From Anaeramoeba ignava BMAN (Eukaryota; Protista; Anaeramoebae), in assembly GCA_028826165.1 (NCBI GenBank), contig JAPDFW010000096.1, positions 124,001 to 188,000 of the forward strand: DNA of 64,000 nucleotides, in the 5' to 3' direction. Under the pieces are notes generated by a model that was not told the origin of the DNA, did not search any database, and worked only from the letters and a program-made list of their open reading frames with translations. This document shows, piece after piece, positions 51,158-62,025 of the stretch. Position 1 is the stretch's first letter. Each line of letters opens with the position of its first letter. The position numbers and the translations under genes are program-made.

Positions 51158-52996
51158 TTATTTCTTAAAGAAAAGAACTAAAAGAGCAACAATAGCAGCA
51201 AAAACTGTTGAAATTAAAGTTATTAAATTAGTGATTTGAAAATCTTTTGTTTGACCAACTGGAACATTTAAATGATTTTCCAAAAGTGATTGATTAAAAT
51301 TTTGAATTGATGCTCTAAACCAACTTGATTGATGATCCATTTGAACAGGTTTTCTCTGAGAATTTTGATCAAGAATTAAAGATCCAAAAACAAAATCCAA
51401 AAAAGAGTTTTTATAGCGTTTCATTTGAATAACTTTTCCAAGAGAATTTAAACCATGATTTCTGCATTGAGAAAAAACAAGAGGAGATTTAATAAGCAAA
51501 TCCCTGAATACTTTTGAATCAGAAGGTTTTTGATATCTTAAATGAATTGGAATATTAGCCACAAAATGGTCAATTTTTTGAGTTGAGTTATTTCTTACTG
51601 GAATTGCCTTTATAACAAGGATATTTTGGTTCGCAATCCAAGAAGGTTTTTCCAAGTTGATTTCATCAAATTCAATCACTTCACTTCCATTAAATTGATG
51701 GAAAAGATCCTTGAGTTGATACATGTCAACAAACGCTTTTTCATCAAGAAATTCAACAAGAATAACTTTGCATTGATCGTTTAACTGAGTCAATTCATTG
51801 AAGAAAATGCTTGTTGTGATTGTGGGATGAAATCCATTGAGAGTGATTTCTCTTTCCAAATTGATTTTTGATGGTTCAACCAAATCGAAAAAATTCAATT
51901 TAAAAACTTGCAATTCTTCCAAATTGTTTTTGAGATTAACTTGGATATTTGTTTCTGAGCCATCAACTGCATCAACTTCAACTTCATAAATAGGGTTTTT
52001 GGATTCTGAAATAAATGGGCAAATCTGAGGTTGGATTAATTTGTTGATTTCCTTATCTGAAATTGCTATTTCAATCATATTCATAAAGAAAAAATGTGTT
52101 TTTTGCGGGAAATTTTGTTTGATTTTCTCGATAATTTCATTGTAATGCTTGATGTTATATTCCATGTGATGATTTTCAGATATTTTGAGTGCGGATTGTA
52201 TTGAATCAATTAATTTCTGCGAAGACGAAAATTGAGTAATTTGAACAATGGTTTGGATTCTTTTGAGCTGCAAGTCATCAATATTATAACAATCTCTAAT
52301 GATTCCCATCAAATTGGAAATTGAATAATCATTTGAATGGGATTTTTGAGGTTTTTCAAAAAAGGAAACAAGTTCAGGAAAGTTGCTTTTAGATAGAAAT
52401 AAAGTATTTGATTCAATTTTGTTATTGAAGTTGGAAAAATTATTGAAATATGGAATCCAATCAATATTAATAGCATCATTTAAACTTAATCTTGTGAAAA
52501 CATCCAATTTTGTGTTGTCAAATTTCCCCATTTTTTTGATATCAATAGAATTTGTGTTGGAAATTGATCCAAATAAAGTGTTGATAAACTTGTTTTGTTT
52601 TTCTGTAAATTTATTCGAGTTTTTATTGTCATAATAATTCTGGAAAAGTTTTGGGGAATCAAACTCATTAAACTGAATAAACAAATTCAATCCAGAAGGT
52701 GTTTCTTTTAAAAATGGCAAAAAATGACTAATGATTTTATTGTTGAATTTTTCAATTCCAAAACTTGTAAACTCCAAATCAATATTTTGTATTTTGGCTA
52801 AAGATTCTATTTCTTCTTCAGTGAAAATACCTTCTTTTGTTCCTCCATTTGAAAGTGGAAGAATTGCTTGTGAAGAAAATATTGCTGTGTTGTTAATACT
52901 TGTTATTCTATGATCTAAAACATTCCAATTTGAATTTGAAGAATGAATTAAAGAAAAAAAAAGAAAAAAGGAAAAAATTTGAAAGAAATTTATCAT
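51158..52996 (-). CDS. PIGX: PIG-X/PBN1 (GPI mannosyltransferase I subunit), long form
   Basis: Signal peptide; GFHPT; FVDMYQL; INLEKP; IPIHLRYQKP; VPVG followed by a C-terminal TM segment and KK. Confidence 0.8.
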   Translation of the reverse strand: MINFFQIFSFFLFFSLIHSSNSNWNVLDHRITSINNTAIFSSQAILPLSNGGTKEGIFTEEEIESLAKIQNIDLEFTSFGIEKFNNKIISHFLPFLKETPSGLNLFIQFNEFDSPKLFQNYYDNKNSNKFTEKQNKFINTLFGSISNTNSIDIKKMGKFDNTKLDVFTRLSLNDAINIDWIPYFNNFSNFNNKIESNTLFLSKSNFPELVSFFEKPQKSHSNDYSISNLMGIIRDCYNIDDLQLKRIQTIVQITQFSSSQKLIDSIQSALKISENHHMEYNIKHYNEIIEKIKQNFPQKTHFFFMNMIEIAISDKEINKLIQPQICPFISESKNPIYEVEVDAVDGSETNIQVNLKNNLEELQVFKLNFFDLVEPSKINLEREITLNGFHPTITTSIFFNELTQLNDQCKVILVEFLDEKAFVDMYQLKDLFHQFNGSEVIEFDEINLEKPSWIANQNILVIKAIPVRNNSTQKIDHFVANIPIHLRYQKPSDSKVFRDLLIKSPLVFSQCRNHGLNSLGKVIQMKRYKNSFLDFVFGSLILDQNSQRKPVQMDHQSSWFRASIQNFNQSLLENHLNVPVGQTKDFQITNLITLISTVFAAIVALLVLFFKK

Positions 52997-53076
52997 TTAA
53001 TTAATTTTTTAAAAAATGAAAAAATGAAAAAATGAAAAAATGAAAATTAAAAAATTTATTTTTTTTTTTAAATAAA

Positions 53077-53958
53077 ATGAAAAAAAGAAAAATTATTAAT
53101 TTTAAAAGATTATTTGAAAAATGCAAAATTCATTTAAATTCAAATCAAAATTTATTAGAGGAATCAAAATTAAATGCTGTAAAAAATAATAAACAAAAAC
53201 AACAATAAAAACAAAAACAAAAACAAAAACAAAAATAAAAAAACGTTTTATTTATTTTTTTAATTTATTGAATAAAAAAAAAGTATGTTATTTTACTTAA
53301 AAATCAAATGAAAGAAATTTCTGTTGATGATTCAATGAATTTTGAAGAAAGAAATAAATATCGTAAAGAAATTGAAGAATATGAAAGAATTTTAAAAAGA
53401 ATTAATGAAGAAAATGAAGAAAAAAGAATTAATGATGAAAATATAAATGAAAATATAAAAGAAAATATAAAAGAAAATATAAAAGAAAATATAAATGAAA
53501 ATATAAAAGAAAATATAAATGAAAATATAAATCAAAATATAAATGAAAATATTAATCAAAATATAAATCAAAATATTAACAATAATTCTCAAATTAAAAA
53601 AAGATTTGAAAAACCAAAATTAACATCAAATCAACAATCAGAATTTAATATTGAAAAAGATAAACAAACTCATGATTATTTAACTTCCGAAATGCTTAAA
53701 ATGACTTCAAATTTAAAACAAAATTCATTAACTGTTTTAGAAATATTAAAAAAAGATTCAGTTATAATTGATAAAACAACTGTTCATGCAGAACAAAATG
53801 TTTCAAAAGTGAAAAAAGAAAGCTTTCGTTTTGATTCTTTTTCAGGTTTATCTTGGAAATCAAAATTACTTTGTATTCTTTGGTTTTTTTTTCTTGGAAT
53901 GGTTTTTCTTTGGATGTTAATGCTTATCAGAATTTTACCTCAAAAAAGAAGAAAATAA
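53077..53958 (+). CDS. USE1: Use1-like ER Qc-SNARE, 2 exons
   Basis: N-terminal INFKRLFEKC; SNARE coil HDYLTSEMLKMTSNLKQNSL..LKKD; C-terminal TM; short intron about 53179-53283. Confidence 0.75.
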
Positions 53959-53964
53959 ATAAAT

Positions 53965-54930
53965 CAAAAATTTAAAAAATCAAAAATTTGGAACAAAATT
54001 CTTTTAAATTATAAATTAAATTATAAAATCAAAAATTTAAAAAAGTGGAACAAAATTCTTATTAAATTATAAATTAAATTATAAATTAAATTATAAAATA
54101 AATTATAAATTAAATTATAAAATAAATTATAAATTAAATTATAAATTATAAATAAAATCAAAAATTTAAAAAAAGTGGAACAAAATTCTTATTAAATTAT
54201 AAATCAAATTATAAAATAAATTATAAATTAAACTATAAAATCAAATTATAAATTAAATTATAAAATTAAAAATTTAAAAAAGTGGAACAAAATTCTTATT
54301 AAATTCTTATTAAATTCTTATTAATTTCTTTTAAATTCTTTTAATTTATAAATTTAAATTATAAATTAAATTATAAATTAAATTATAAAATCAAAAATTT
54401 AAAAAGTGGAACAAAATTCTTATTAAATTATAAATTAAATTATAAAATAAATTATAAATTAAATTATAAATTATAAAATCAAAAATTTAAAAAGTGGAAC
54501 AAAATTCTTATTAAATTATAAATTAAATTATAAATTAAATTATAAAATCAAAAATTTAAAAAGTGGAACAAAATTCTTTTTAAATTATAAATCAAATTAT
54601 AAATTATAAAATCAAAAATTTAAAAAAGTGGAACAAAATTCTTATTAAATTATAAATTAAATTATAAATTAAATTATAAAATAAATTATAAATTAAATTA
54701 TAAATTAAATTATAAATTAAATTATAAATTAAATTATAAATTAAATTATAAAATAAATTATAAATTAAATTATAAAATAAATTATAAAATAAATTATAAA
54801 TTATAAATAAAATCAAAAATTTAAAAAAGTGGAACAAATTTCTTTTTAAATTCTTTTTAAATTCTTTTTAATTTCTTTTTAAATTCTTTTTAAATTCTTA
54901 TTAAATTCTTTTTAAATTCTTTTTAATTTA
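53965..54930. repeat. compound array: a ~40-bp conserved unit AAAATCAAAAATTTAAAAA(A)GTGGAACAAAATTCTT alternating with variable numbers of 11-bp (AAATTATAAAT) subunits
   Basis: GTGGAAC cores at 54045, 54175, 54282, 54406, 54494, 54563, 54628 and 54829, plus TTGGAAC near 53988. Confidence 0.85.
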
Positions 54931-55297
54931 TAAATTTAATTTTTCTTCTTTTTTTTTTCTCCTTTTTTTTTTTATTGATTAAATTATTTAAAAAAAAATT
55001 CCAAAAATAATAAAAATAATAAAAATAAAAATAGCAAAAATAACCATAAAATTTAAATTGGATTTTAATTCAAAAAGAAAAAGAAAAATATTCACAACAA
55101 CAACAATAAAATAAAATAAAAAATAATTAAAAAAAATTTTTTTTTTTTTTTTTTTCATTTTTTTCGAATCAATTAATTCATCAAAAAAATTTTTTTTTAA
55201 CTCTTTATCCAACTCTCTTAAAACTTTTTTTTTAATTTTCCTTAAAAAAAAAAAGCAACAAAATAACCAAATAATCAAAAAAAGAAAATAAAATAAG

Positions 55298-58200
55298 ATG
55301 GAGAAAAAAAAATTAAATTGTTGGCTTCGATTTACAACAAAATTTGATAAATCTGTTCAAGATAAATTTACGAAATGGACTGCATTTGTATCAAGACATC
55401 CCAAAAAAATAATTACAATTATGTTCATTTTATCAATAGGACTTGGAATAGGTTTTTTGAATAAAAAAGTGGAGAATGATCTTGATAAAACTTATGTTCC
55501 TCAAGATAGTGTGAGTATGAGAGATTTGGATTGGTGGTCTGATGTTTGGGGTTCTCCTCCAAGATATCTTTATTTTCTTCTTGAAACTGAACCAACTGGA
55601 AATAATGCTCTTGTTAAAGGTGCTTTTGATATTCTTTGGGAAATTGATTCATTTTTGAGAAATTTGAAAGTTGAATTTAATGGAAATCAAATTGGTTTTG
55701 AGGATGTTTGTATTATGAATCCTATTACAAAAGCTTGTGTTGAATGGGGTGTATTTGCATATTGGAATTTCAATAGAACTTTAATGGATGTTTATAATGA
55801 TTATTATGGAGTTGTTAATGGAGGTATTGATATTATAACTGGTGAAAGACTTCCTTATGAAAACGCACTTGGAGGAGTTGAACGTAATAATGGAAATATT
55901 ACATTTGTTAAAGCAATAAGAACATATTATGCTCTTAGTAACGCACCTGAAGAAAAAGAAAAATGTCTTGCTTTTGAAAAAAAAATTTTAGATTGGCTTG
56001 CTGATTTTGATTATAGTTCTTCATTTGCAATTGGATACGTAACTGGTAGATCAATCGATGATGAAATTGGTAGATCAACTGGTTCAACACTTGGATCTGT
56101 TGCGATAGGATATTCAATTATGTTGATTTTTCTTGGAGTCACATTAGGGAAAATCACAAGTCTTTTACATTCACACTTTTTAATGGCACCTATTGGAGTA
56201 TTAAGTGTTGGATTGGGAATTATTTCAGCTTTTGGTACTGGTTCTTATTTCATAACTTGGAGTAATATTTGTTCAATTCTTCCATTTTTGATATTAGCAG
56301 TTGGAGTAGATAATATTTATATTATTATCAATAATCTTGATAGAATATCATCAATTCTTTCACCTTTAGAAAGGTGTCAAAAAGCATTATCAAGATCAAC
56401 AAGTATTTTGATGACAGCCATTATTGATACACTTGCATTTTTATCAGGAACTGTAACTAAATTTCCAGCTATCAAATGGTTCTGCGCATATGGAGCACTT
56501 TGTATTTCGATTGTTTTTATTTTCCAAATGACAATGTTTCTTTCATTTTTAACAATGGAAGCAAAAAGAATCAGAAAAAGAAAACATTGTTTGTTTCCTT
56601 GTTATAGATTAAAAGAAAAGTTTTGGATTGATGTTGATACTGAAAAAGAAAGTGAAACTGAAATTGAAATGATTGAAAAAGAAAAATTAGCTGATAATGA
56701 ATTTATAACTGAAAAAGAGAAAATAACTGATAATGAATTTATAACTGAAAAAGAGAAAACAACTGATAATGAATTCCAAACTGAAAAAGAGTCAAGTGAT
56801 AATGAATTCCAAACTGATCAAGAATTCCAAACTGAAAAAGAAACAACTGAGTCTGAACAAGAATTTAAAAAAGAAATTTTCAAAGAAACTGAAAGTACAA
56901 ATGGAGTTTCTTTAATTGATAATAATGAATTTATTGATCTTGATTTAGAAGAAAGTTCAGTTCCACATCATATCAGAATGCAACAACAAAAAGCAGCAAG
57001 AAAGAAAAAACAAAGAGAACAAAAACTCAAAAAACAAGGAAAAATCAATGAAAAAGATGAAACTCAAAGTACAATTTCCAAAAAAAGTATCGATTCAGGA
57101 AGTACAATTATTGCAGAAATTGAAGAAGAAGATTATGATGTTGATTTTGAAGATCTTCCATTTTTACCAAGATTTATTGAGAAATATTATGGTCCATTTA
57201 TCACAAAGAAAAATATCAAAATTCTTATTGTTATTATATTTACAATCATGTTTGGAGTTTCAATTTATCTTTCAACACATATCACAGAAGGATTAGTTCG
57301 TAAGGATACCTTCCCTCTTGACTCACATCTTCAAGATTATTATCGAATTAGAGAAAGATATTTTGATCCTGAAGGAAGAGATTATTATCTTGTTTTTGAA
57401 ACAGGAACACCTTATCATACACTTTATGGAAAAAATGCAGTTTTAGAAACAGCATCAAAAATAAACGAAAGTAAATGGCTAAAACATAATATTGAGAATT
57501 GGTATTTTGATTATTTGGTTTATCTTCAAGCGACATATAATGGAACAAGTTTCCTTGATGAGAATGGACTTCCACAAGATCCTTATAGTTTCTATGTTGT
57601 TATTTATGATTTCTTTTCTCAAAGACAATATATGCATTATTTACTTAAACAACATGTTCTTATCAATCCAAATCAAAGTGCACCTTTAGATCAAAGAATC
57701 ATTGCATCAAGAATGCCAATTTATTCAATTGATTTATCTAATTCACAAAAGGATGTTGAATCAATGCTTGATTTAAGAGAAATAACTGAATCAAGTCAAG
57801 TTGATTGTTATATGTTCTATTACTTTCTATTTTTAACAGAACAATTCGTTATTATCAAACAACAAACATTCCAAAGTATTGGACTTGCATTAGTTGGATT
57901 ATTTGTTGTTACTATTATTTTTCTTGTTCATTATCGAATTGCTTTTATTATATTAATCACGATTGCGTTTATCGATATTGATTTGTTTGCTTACATGACA
58001 TTACTTCACATTCGACTTGATGTTGTTGCTTATATTGTTCTTGTTATGAGTATTGGATTTTCATTAGATTATTCAGCACATTTATCACATTATTTTGTTA
58101 TTACACCAGGAAGAGATAACAACAAAAGAGTTATCAAAAGTTTATCAGTAATGGGACTTTCAGTATTTTTTGGAGCATTTTCTACTTTTCTTGGAGTTTT

Positions 58201-58360
58201 ACCTGTTTTGACTTTCGCAAACAGTAATTTCTTTAGAACTTTTATTAAACTTTTTTATGGAACAATTTTATTTGCTATTTTACATGGATTATTATTTTTA
58301 CCAGTTTTACTTTCAACATTTGGACCTAAATATATTGATTCACATAAAAGAAAAAAATAA
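55298..58360 (+). CDS. Patched-related / NPC1-like RND sterol-sensing-domain protein, copy 1 (intronless)
   Basis: About 12 TM segments in a 1+5 / 1+5 layout; SSD motif LPFLILAVGVDN; TM10 motif MSIGFSLDYSAH; HGLLFLPVLLS; no NPC1 N-terminal domain. Confidence 0.9.
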   Translation: MEKKKLNCWLRFTTKFDKSVQDKFTKWTAFVSRHPKKIITIMFILSIGLGIGFLNKKVENDLDKTYVPQDSVSMRDLDWWSDVWGSPPRYLYFLLETEPTGNNALVKGAFDILWEIDSFLRNLKVEFNGNQIGFEDVCIMNPITKACVEWGVFAYWNFNRTLMDVYNDYYGVVNGGIDIITGERLPYENALGGVERNNGNITFVKAIRTYYALSNAPEEKEKCLAFEKKILDWLADFDYSSSFAIGYVTGRSIDDEIGRSTGSTLGSVAIGYSIMLIFLGVTLGKITSLLHSHFLMAPIGVLSVGLGIISAFGTGSYFITWSNICSILPFLILAVGVDNIYIIINNLDRISSILSPLERCQKALSRSTSILMTAIIDTLAFLSGTVTKFPAIKWFCAYGALCISIVFIFQMTMFLSFLTMEAKRIRKRKHCLFPCYRLKEKFWIDVDTEKESETEIEMIEKEKLADNEFITEKEKITDNEFITEKEKTTDNEFQTEKESSDNEFQTDQEFQTEKETTESEQEFKKEIFKETESTNGVSLIDNNEFIDLDLEESSVPHHIRMQQQKAARKKKQREQKLKKQGKINEKDETQSTISKKSIDSGSTIIAEIEEEDYDVDFEDLPFLPRFIEKYYGPFITKKNIKILIVIIFTIMFGVSIYLSTHITEGLVRKDTFPLDSHLQDYYRIRERYFDPEGRDYYLVFETGTPYHTLYGKNAVLETASKINESKWLKHNIENWYFDYLVYLQATYNGTSFLDENGLPQDPYSFYVVIYDFFSQRQYMHYLLKQHVLINPNQSAPLDQRIIASRMPIYSIDLSNSQKDVESMLDLREITESSQVDCYMFYYFLFLTEQFVIIKQQTFQSIGLALVGLFVVTIIFLVHYRIAFIILITIAFIDIDLFAYMTLLHIRLDVVAYIVLVMSIGFSLDYSAHLSHYFVITPGRDNNKRVIKSLSVMGLSVFFGAFSTFLGVLPVLTFANSNFFRTFIKLFYGTILFAILHGLLFLPVLLSTFGPKYIDSHKRKK

Positions 58361-58819
58361 TCAATCCATCAATTAACTTAATTTAATTTAATTTGATTTG
58401 ATTTGATTTGATTTGATTTGATTTAATTTAATTTGATTTGATTTGATTTAATTTAATTTGATTTGATTTAATTTGATTTGATTTGATTTGATTTCTTTTC
58501 TTCTTTTCTTCTTTTCTTTTCTTAATCCAAAATTAGTTTAATTTCATCCCAAAAAAAAAGTAAAAAAATTAATTAAAGAAAAAGAGGAAAAATTATTTTT
58601 CGCCTTTTTTTATTAAAAAGAAAAAGAGAATGATTAATTTTAATTTAAAATTACTTTAAAATTTAATAAGGAAAAGAAGAGAAAGAAAGAAAATAATTTT
58701 TAATTGAGAATTTCTTCTTTCATTCTTTTTTTCTTTTTAATTTTTAAAAACAAAAATTTTTTTTTAAAATCATTTCATTTATTTTTTTGCTTTTTTTAAA
58801 AAAGCCAAGTTAAAATAAG

Positions 58820-61800
58820 ATGGAGAAAAAAAAATTAAATTGTTGGCTTCGATTTACAACAAAATTTGATAAATCTGTTCAAGATAAATTTACGAAATGG
58901 ACTGCATTTGTATCAAGACATCCCAAAAAAATAATTACAATTATGTTTATTTTATCAATAGGACTTGGAATAGGATTTTTGAATAAAAAAGTGGAGAATG
59001 ATCTTGATAAAACTTATGTTCCTCAAGATAGTGTGAGTATGAGAGATTTGGATTGGTGGTCTGATGTTTGGGGTTCTCCTCCAAGATATCTTTATTTTCT
59101 TCTTGAAACTGAACCAACTGGAAATAATGCTCTTGTTAAAGGTGCTTTTGATATTCTTTGGGAAATTGATTCATTTTTGAGAAATTTAAAAGTTGAATTT
59201 AATGGAAATCAAATTGGTTTTGAGGATGTTTGTATTATGAATCCTATTACAAAAGCTTGTGTTGAATGGGGTGTATTTGCATATTGGAATTTCAATAGAA
59301 CTTTAATGGATATTTATAATGATTATTATGGAGTTGTTAATGGAGGTATTGATATTATAACTGGTGAAAGACTTCCTTATGAAAATGCACTTGGAGGAGT
59401 TGAACGTAATAATGGAAATATTACATTTGTTAAAGGAATAAGAACATATTATGCTCTTAGTAACGCACCTGAAGAAAAAGAAAAATGTCTTGCTTTTGAA
59501 AAAAAAATTTTAGATTGGCTTGCTGATTTTGATTATAGTTCTTCATTTGCAATTGGATATACAACTGGTAGATCAATCGATGATGAAATTGGTAGATCAA
59601 CTGGTTCAACACTTGGATCTGTTGCGATAGGATATACAATTATGTTGATCGTTCTTGGAATCACATTAGGGAAAATCACAAGTCTTTTACATTCACACTT
59701 TTTAATGGCACCTATTGGAGTATTAAGTGTTGGATTGGGAATTATTTCAGCTTTTGGTACTGGTTCTTATTTCATAACTTGGTGCAATATTTGTTCAATT
59801 CTTCCATTTTTGATATTAGCAGTTGGAGTAGATAATATTTATATTATTATCAATAATCTTGATAGAATATCATCAATTCTTTCACCTTTAGAAAGATGTC
59901 AAAAAGCATTATCAAGATCAACAAGTATTTTGATGACAGCCATTATTGATACACTTGCATTTTTATCAGGAACTGTAACTAAATTTCCAGCTATCAAATG
60001 GTTCTGCGCATATGGAGCACTTTGTATTTCGATTGTTTTTATTTTCCAAATGACAATGTTTCTTTCATTTTTAACAATGGAAGCAAAAAGAATCAGAAAA
60101 AGAAAACATTGTTTGTTTCCTTGTTATAGATTAAAAGAAAAGTTTTGGATTGATGTTGATACTGAAAAAGAAAGTGAAACTGAAATTGAAATGATTGAAA
60201 AAGAAAAAACAACTGATAATGAATTTATAACTGAAAAAGAGAAAACAACTGATAATGAATTTAAAACTGAAAAAGAGAAAACAACTGATAATGAATTCCA
60301 AACTGATCAAGAATTCCAAACTGAAAAAGAAACAACTGAGTCTGAACAAGAATTTAAAAAAGAAATTTTCAAAGAAACTGAAAGTACAAATGGAGTTTCT
60401 TTAATTGATAATAATGAATTTATTGATCTTGATTTAGAAGAAAGTTCAGTTCCACATCATATCAGAATGCAACAACAAAAAGCAGCAAGAAAGAAAAAAC
60501 AAAGAGAACAAAAACTCAAAAAACAAGGAAAAATCAATGAAAAAGATGAAACTCAAAGTACAATTTCCAAAAAAAGTATTGATTCAGGAAGTACAATTAT
60601 TGCAGAAATTGAAGAAGAAGATTATGATGTTGATTTTGAAGATCTTCCATTTTTACCAAGATTTATTGAGAAATATTATGGTCCATTTATCACAAAGAAA
60701 AATATCAAAATTCTTATTGTTATTATATTTACAATCATGTTTGGAGTTTCAATTTATCTTTCAACACATATCAGAGAAGGATTAATTCGTAAGGATGTTT
60801 TCCCAGATGATTCACATCTTCAAGATTTTTATCGAATTAGAGAAAGATATTTTGATCCTGAAGGAAGAGATTATTATCTTGTTTTTGAAACAGGAACACC
60901 TTATCATACACTTTATGGAAAAAATGCAGTTTTAGAAACAGCATCAAAAATAAACGAAAGTAAATGGCTAAAACATAATATTGAGAATTGGTATCTTGAT
61001 TATTTACTTTATCTTCAGGCAGCATATAATGGAACAAGTTACCTTGATGAGAATGGACTTCCACAAGATCCTATTAACTTCTATGTTAATCTTACTAATT
61101 TCTTTTCTCAAAGACAATATATGCATTATTTACTTAAACAACATGTTCTTATCAATCCAAATCAAAGTGCACCTTTAGATCAAAAAATCATTGCATCAAG
61201 AATGCCAATTTATTCAATTGATTTATCCGATACACAAAAGGATGTTGAATCAATGCTTGATTTAAGAGAAATAACTGAATCAAGTCAAGTTGATTGTTAT
61301 ATGTTCTATTACTTTCTATTTTTAACAGAACAATATGTTGTTATCAAACAACAAACATTCCAAAGTATTGGACTTGCATTAGTTGGATTATTTGTTGTTA
61401 CTATTATTTTTCTTGTTCATTATCGAATTGCTTTTATTATATTAATCACGATTGCATTTATCGATATTGATTTGTTTGCTTACATGACATTACTTCATAT
61501 TCGACTTGATGTTGTTGCTTATATTGTTCTTGTTATGAGTATTGGATTTTCATTAGATTATTCAGCACATTTATCACATTATTTTGTTATTACACCAGGA
61601 AGAAATAATAACAAAAGAGTTATCAAAAGTTTATCAGTAATGGGACTTTCAGTATTTTTTGGAGCATTTTCTACTTTTCTTGGAGTTTTACCTGTTTTGG
61701 TTTTCGCAAACAGTAATTTCTTTAGAACTTTTACTAAACTTTTTTATGGAACAATTTTATTTGCTATTTTACATGGATTATTATTTTTACCAGTTTTACT

Positions 61801-61849
61801 TTCAACATTTGGACCTAAATATATTGATTCACATAAAAGAAAGAAATAA
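58820..61849 (+). CDS. Patched-related / NPC1-like RND sterol-sensing-domain protein, copy 2 (tandem paralog)
   Basis: Near-identical to copy 1; it is 11 aa shorter in the acidic cytosolic loop repeats. Confidence 0.9.
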   Translation: MEKKKLNCWLRFTTKFDKSVQDKFTKWTAFVSRHPKKIITIMFILSIGLGIGFLNKKVENDLDKTYVPQDSVSMRDLDWWSDVWGSPPRYLYFLLETEPTGNNALVKGAFDILWEIDSFLRNLKVEFNGNQIGFEDVCIMNPITKACVEWGVFAYWNFNRTLMDIYNDYYGVVNGGIDIITGERLPYENALGGVERNNGNITFVKGIRTYYALSNAPEEKEKCLAFEKKILDWLADFDYSSSFAIGYTTGRSIDDEIGRSTGSTLGSVAIGYTIMLIVLGITLGKITSLLHSHFLMAPIGVLSVGLGIISAFGTGSYFITWCNICSILPFLILAVGVDNIYIIINNLDRISSILSPLERCQKALSRSTSILMTAIIDTLAFLSGTVTKFPAIKWFCAYGALCISIVFIFQMTMFLSFLTMEAKRIRKRKHCLFPCYRLKEKFWIDVDTEKESETEIEMIEKEKTTDNEFITEKEKTTDNEFKTEKEKTTDNEFQTDQEFQTEKETTESEQEFKKEIFKETESTNGVSLIDNNEFIDLDLEESSVPHHIRMQQQKAARKKKQREQKLKKQGKINEKDETQSTISKKSIDSGSTIIAEIEEEDYDVDFEDLPFLPRFIEKYYGPFITKKNIKILIVIIFTIMFGVSIYLSTHIREGLIRKDVFPDDSHLQDFYRIRERYFDPEGRDYYLVFETGTPYHTLYGKNAVLETASKINESKWLKHNIENWYLDYLLYLQAAYNGTSYLDENGLPQDPINFYVNLTNFFSQRQYMHYLLKQHVLINPNQSAPLDQKIIASRMPIYSIDLSDTQKDVESMLDLREITESSQVDCYMFYYFLFLTEQYVVIKQQTFQSIGLALVGLFVVTIIFLVHYRIAFIILITIAFIDIDLFAYMTLLHIRLDVVAYIVLVMSIGFSLDYSAHLSHYFVITPGRNNNKRVIKSLSVMGLSVFFGAFSTFLGVLPVLVFANSNFFRTFTKLFYGTILFAILHGLLFLPVLLSTFGPKYIDSHKRKK

Positions 61850-61870
61850 TCAATCCATCAATTAACTCGA

Positions 61871-61901
<31 letters not shown>

Positions 61902-62025
61902 TTCTTTTCTTTTCTTTTCTTTTCTTTTGAGTTATTTTTTTAATTCAAGATTCAATTCAATTCCAAAAAAAAAATTTTTTTTAATTTTTTTTTTCATTTT
62001 TTTTTTTTCATTTTTTTCTTTTTTA

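Noticed and set aside
53965-54930. CRISPR-like repeat-spacer appearance
   Set aside because: The spacers are low-complexity, mutually similar and very variable in length. There are no cas genes and the context is eukaryotic.
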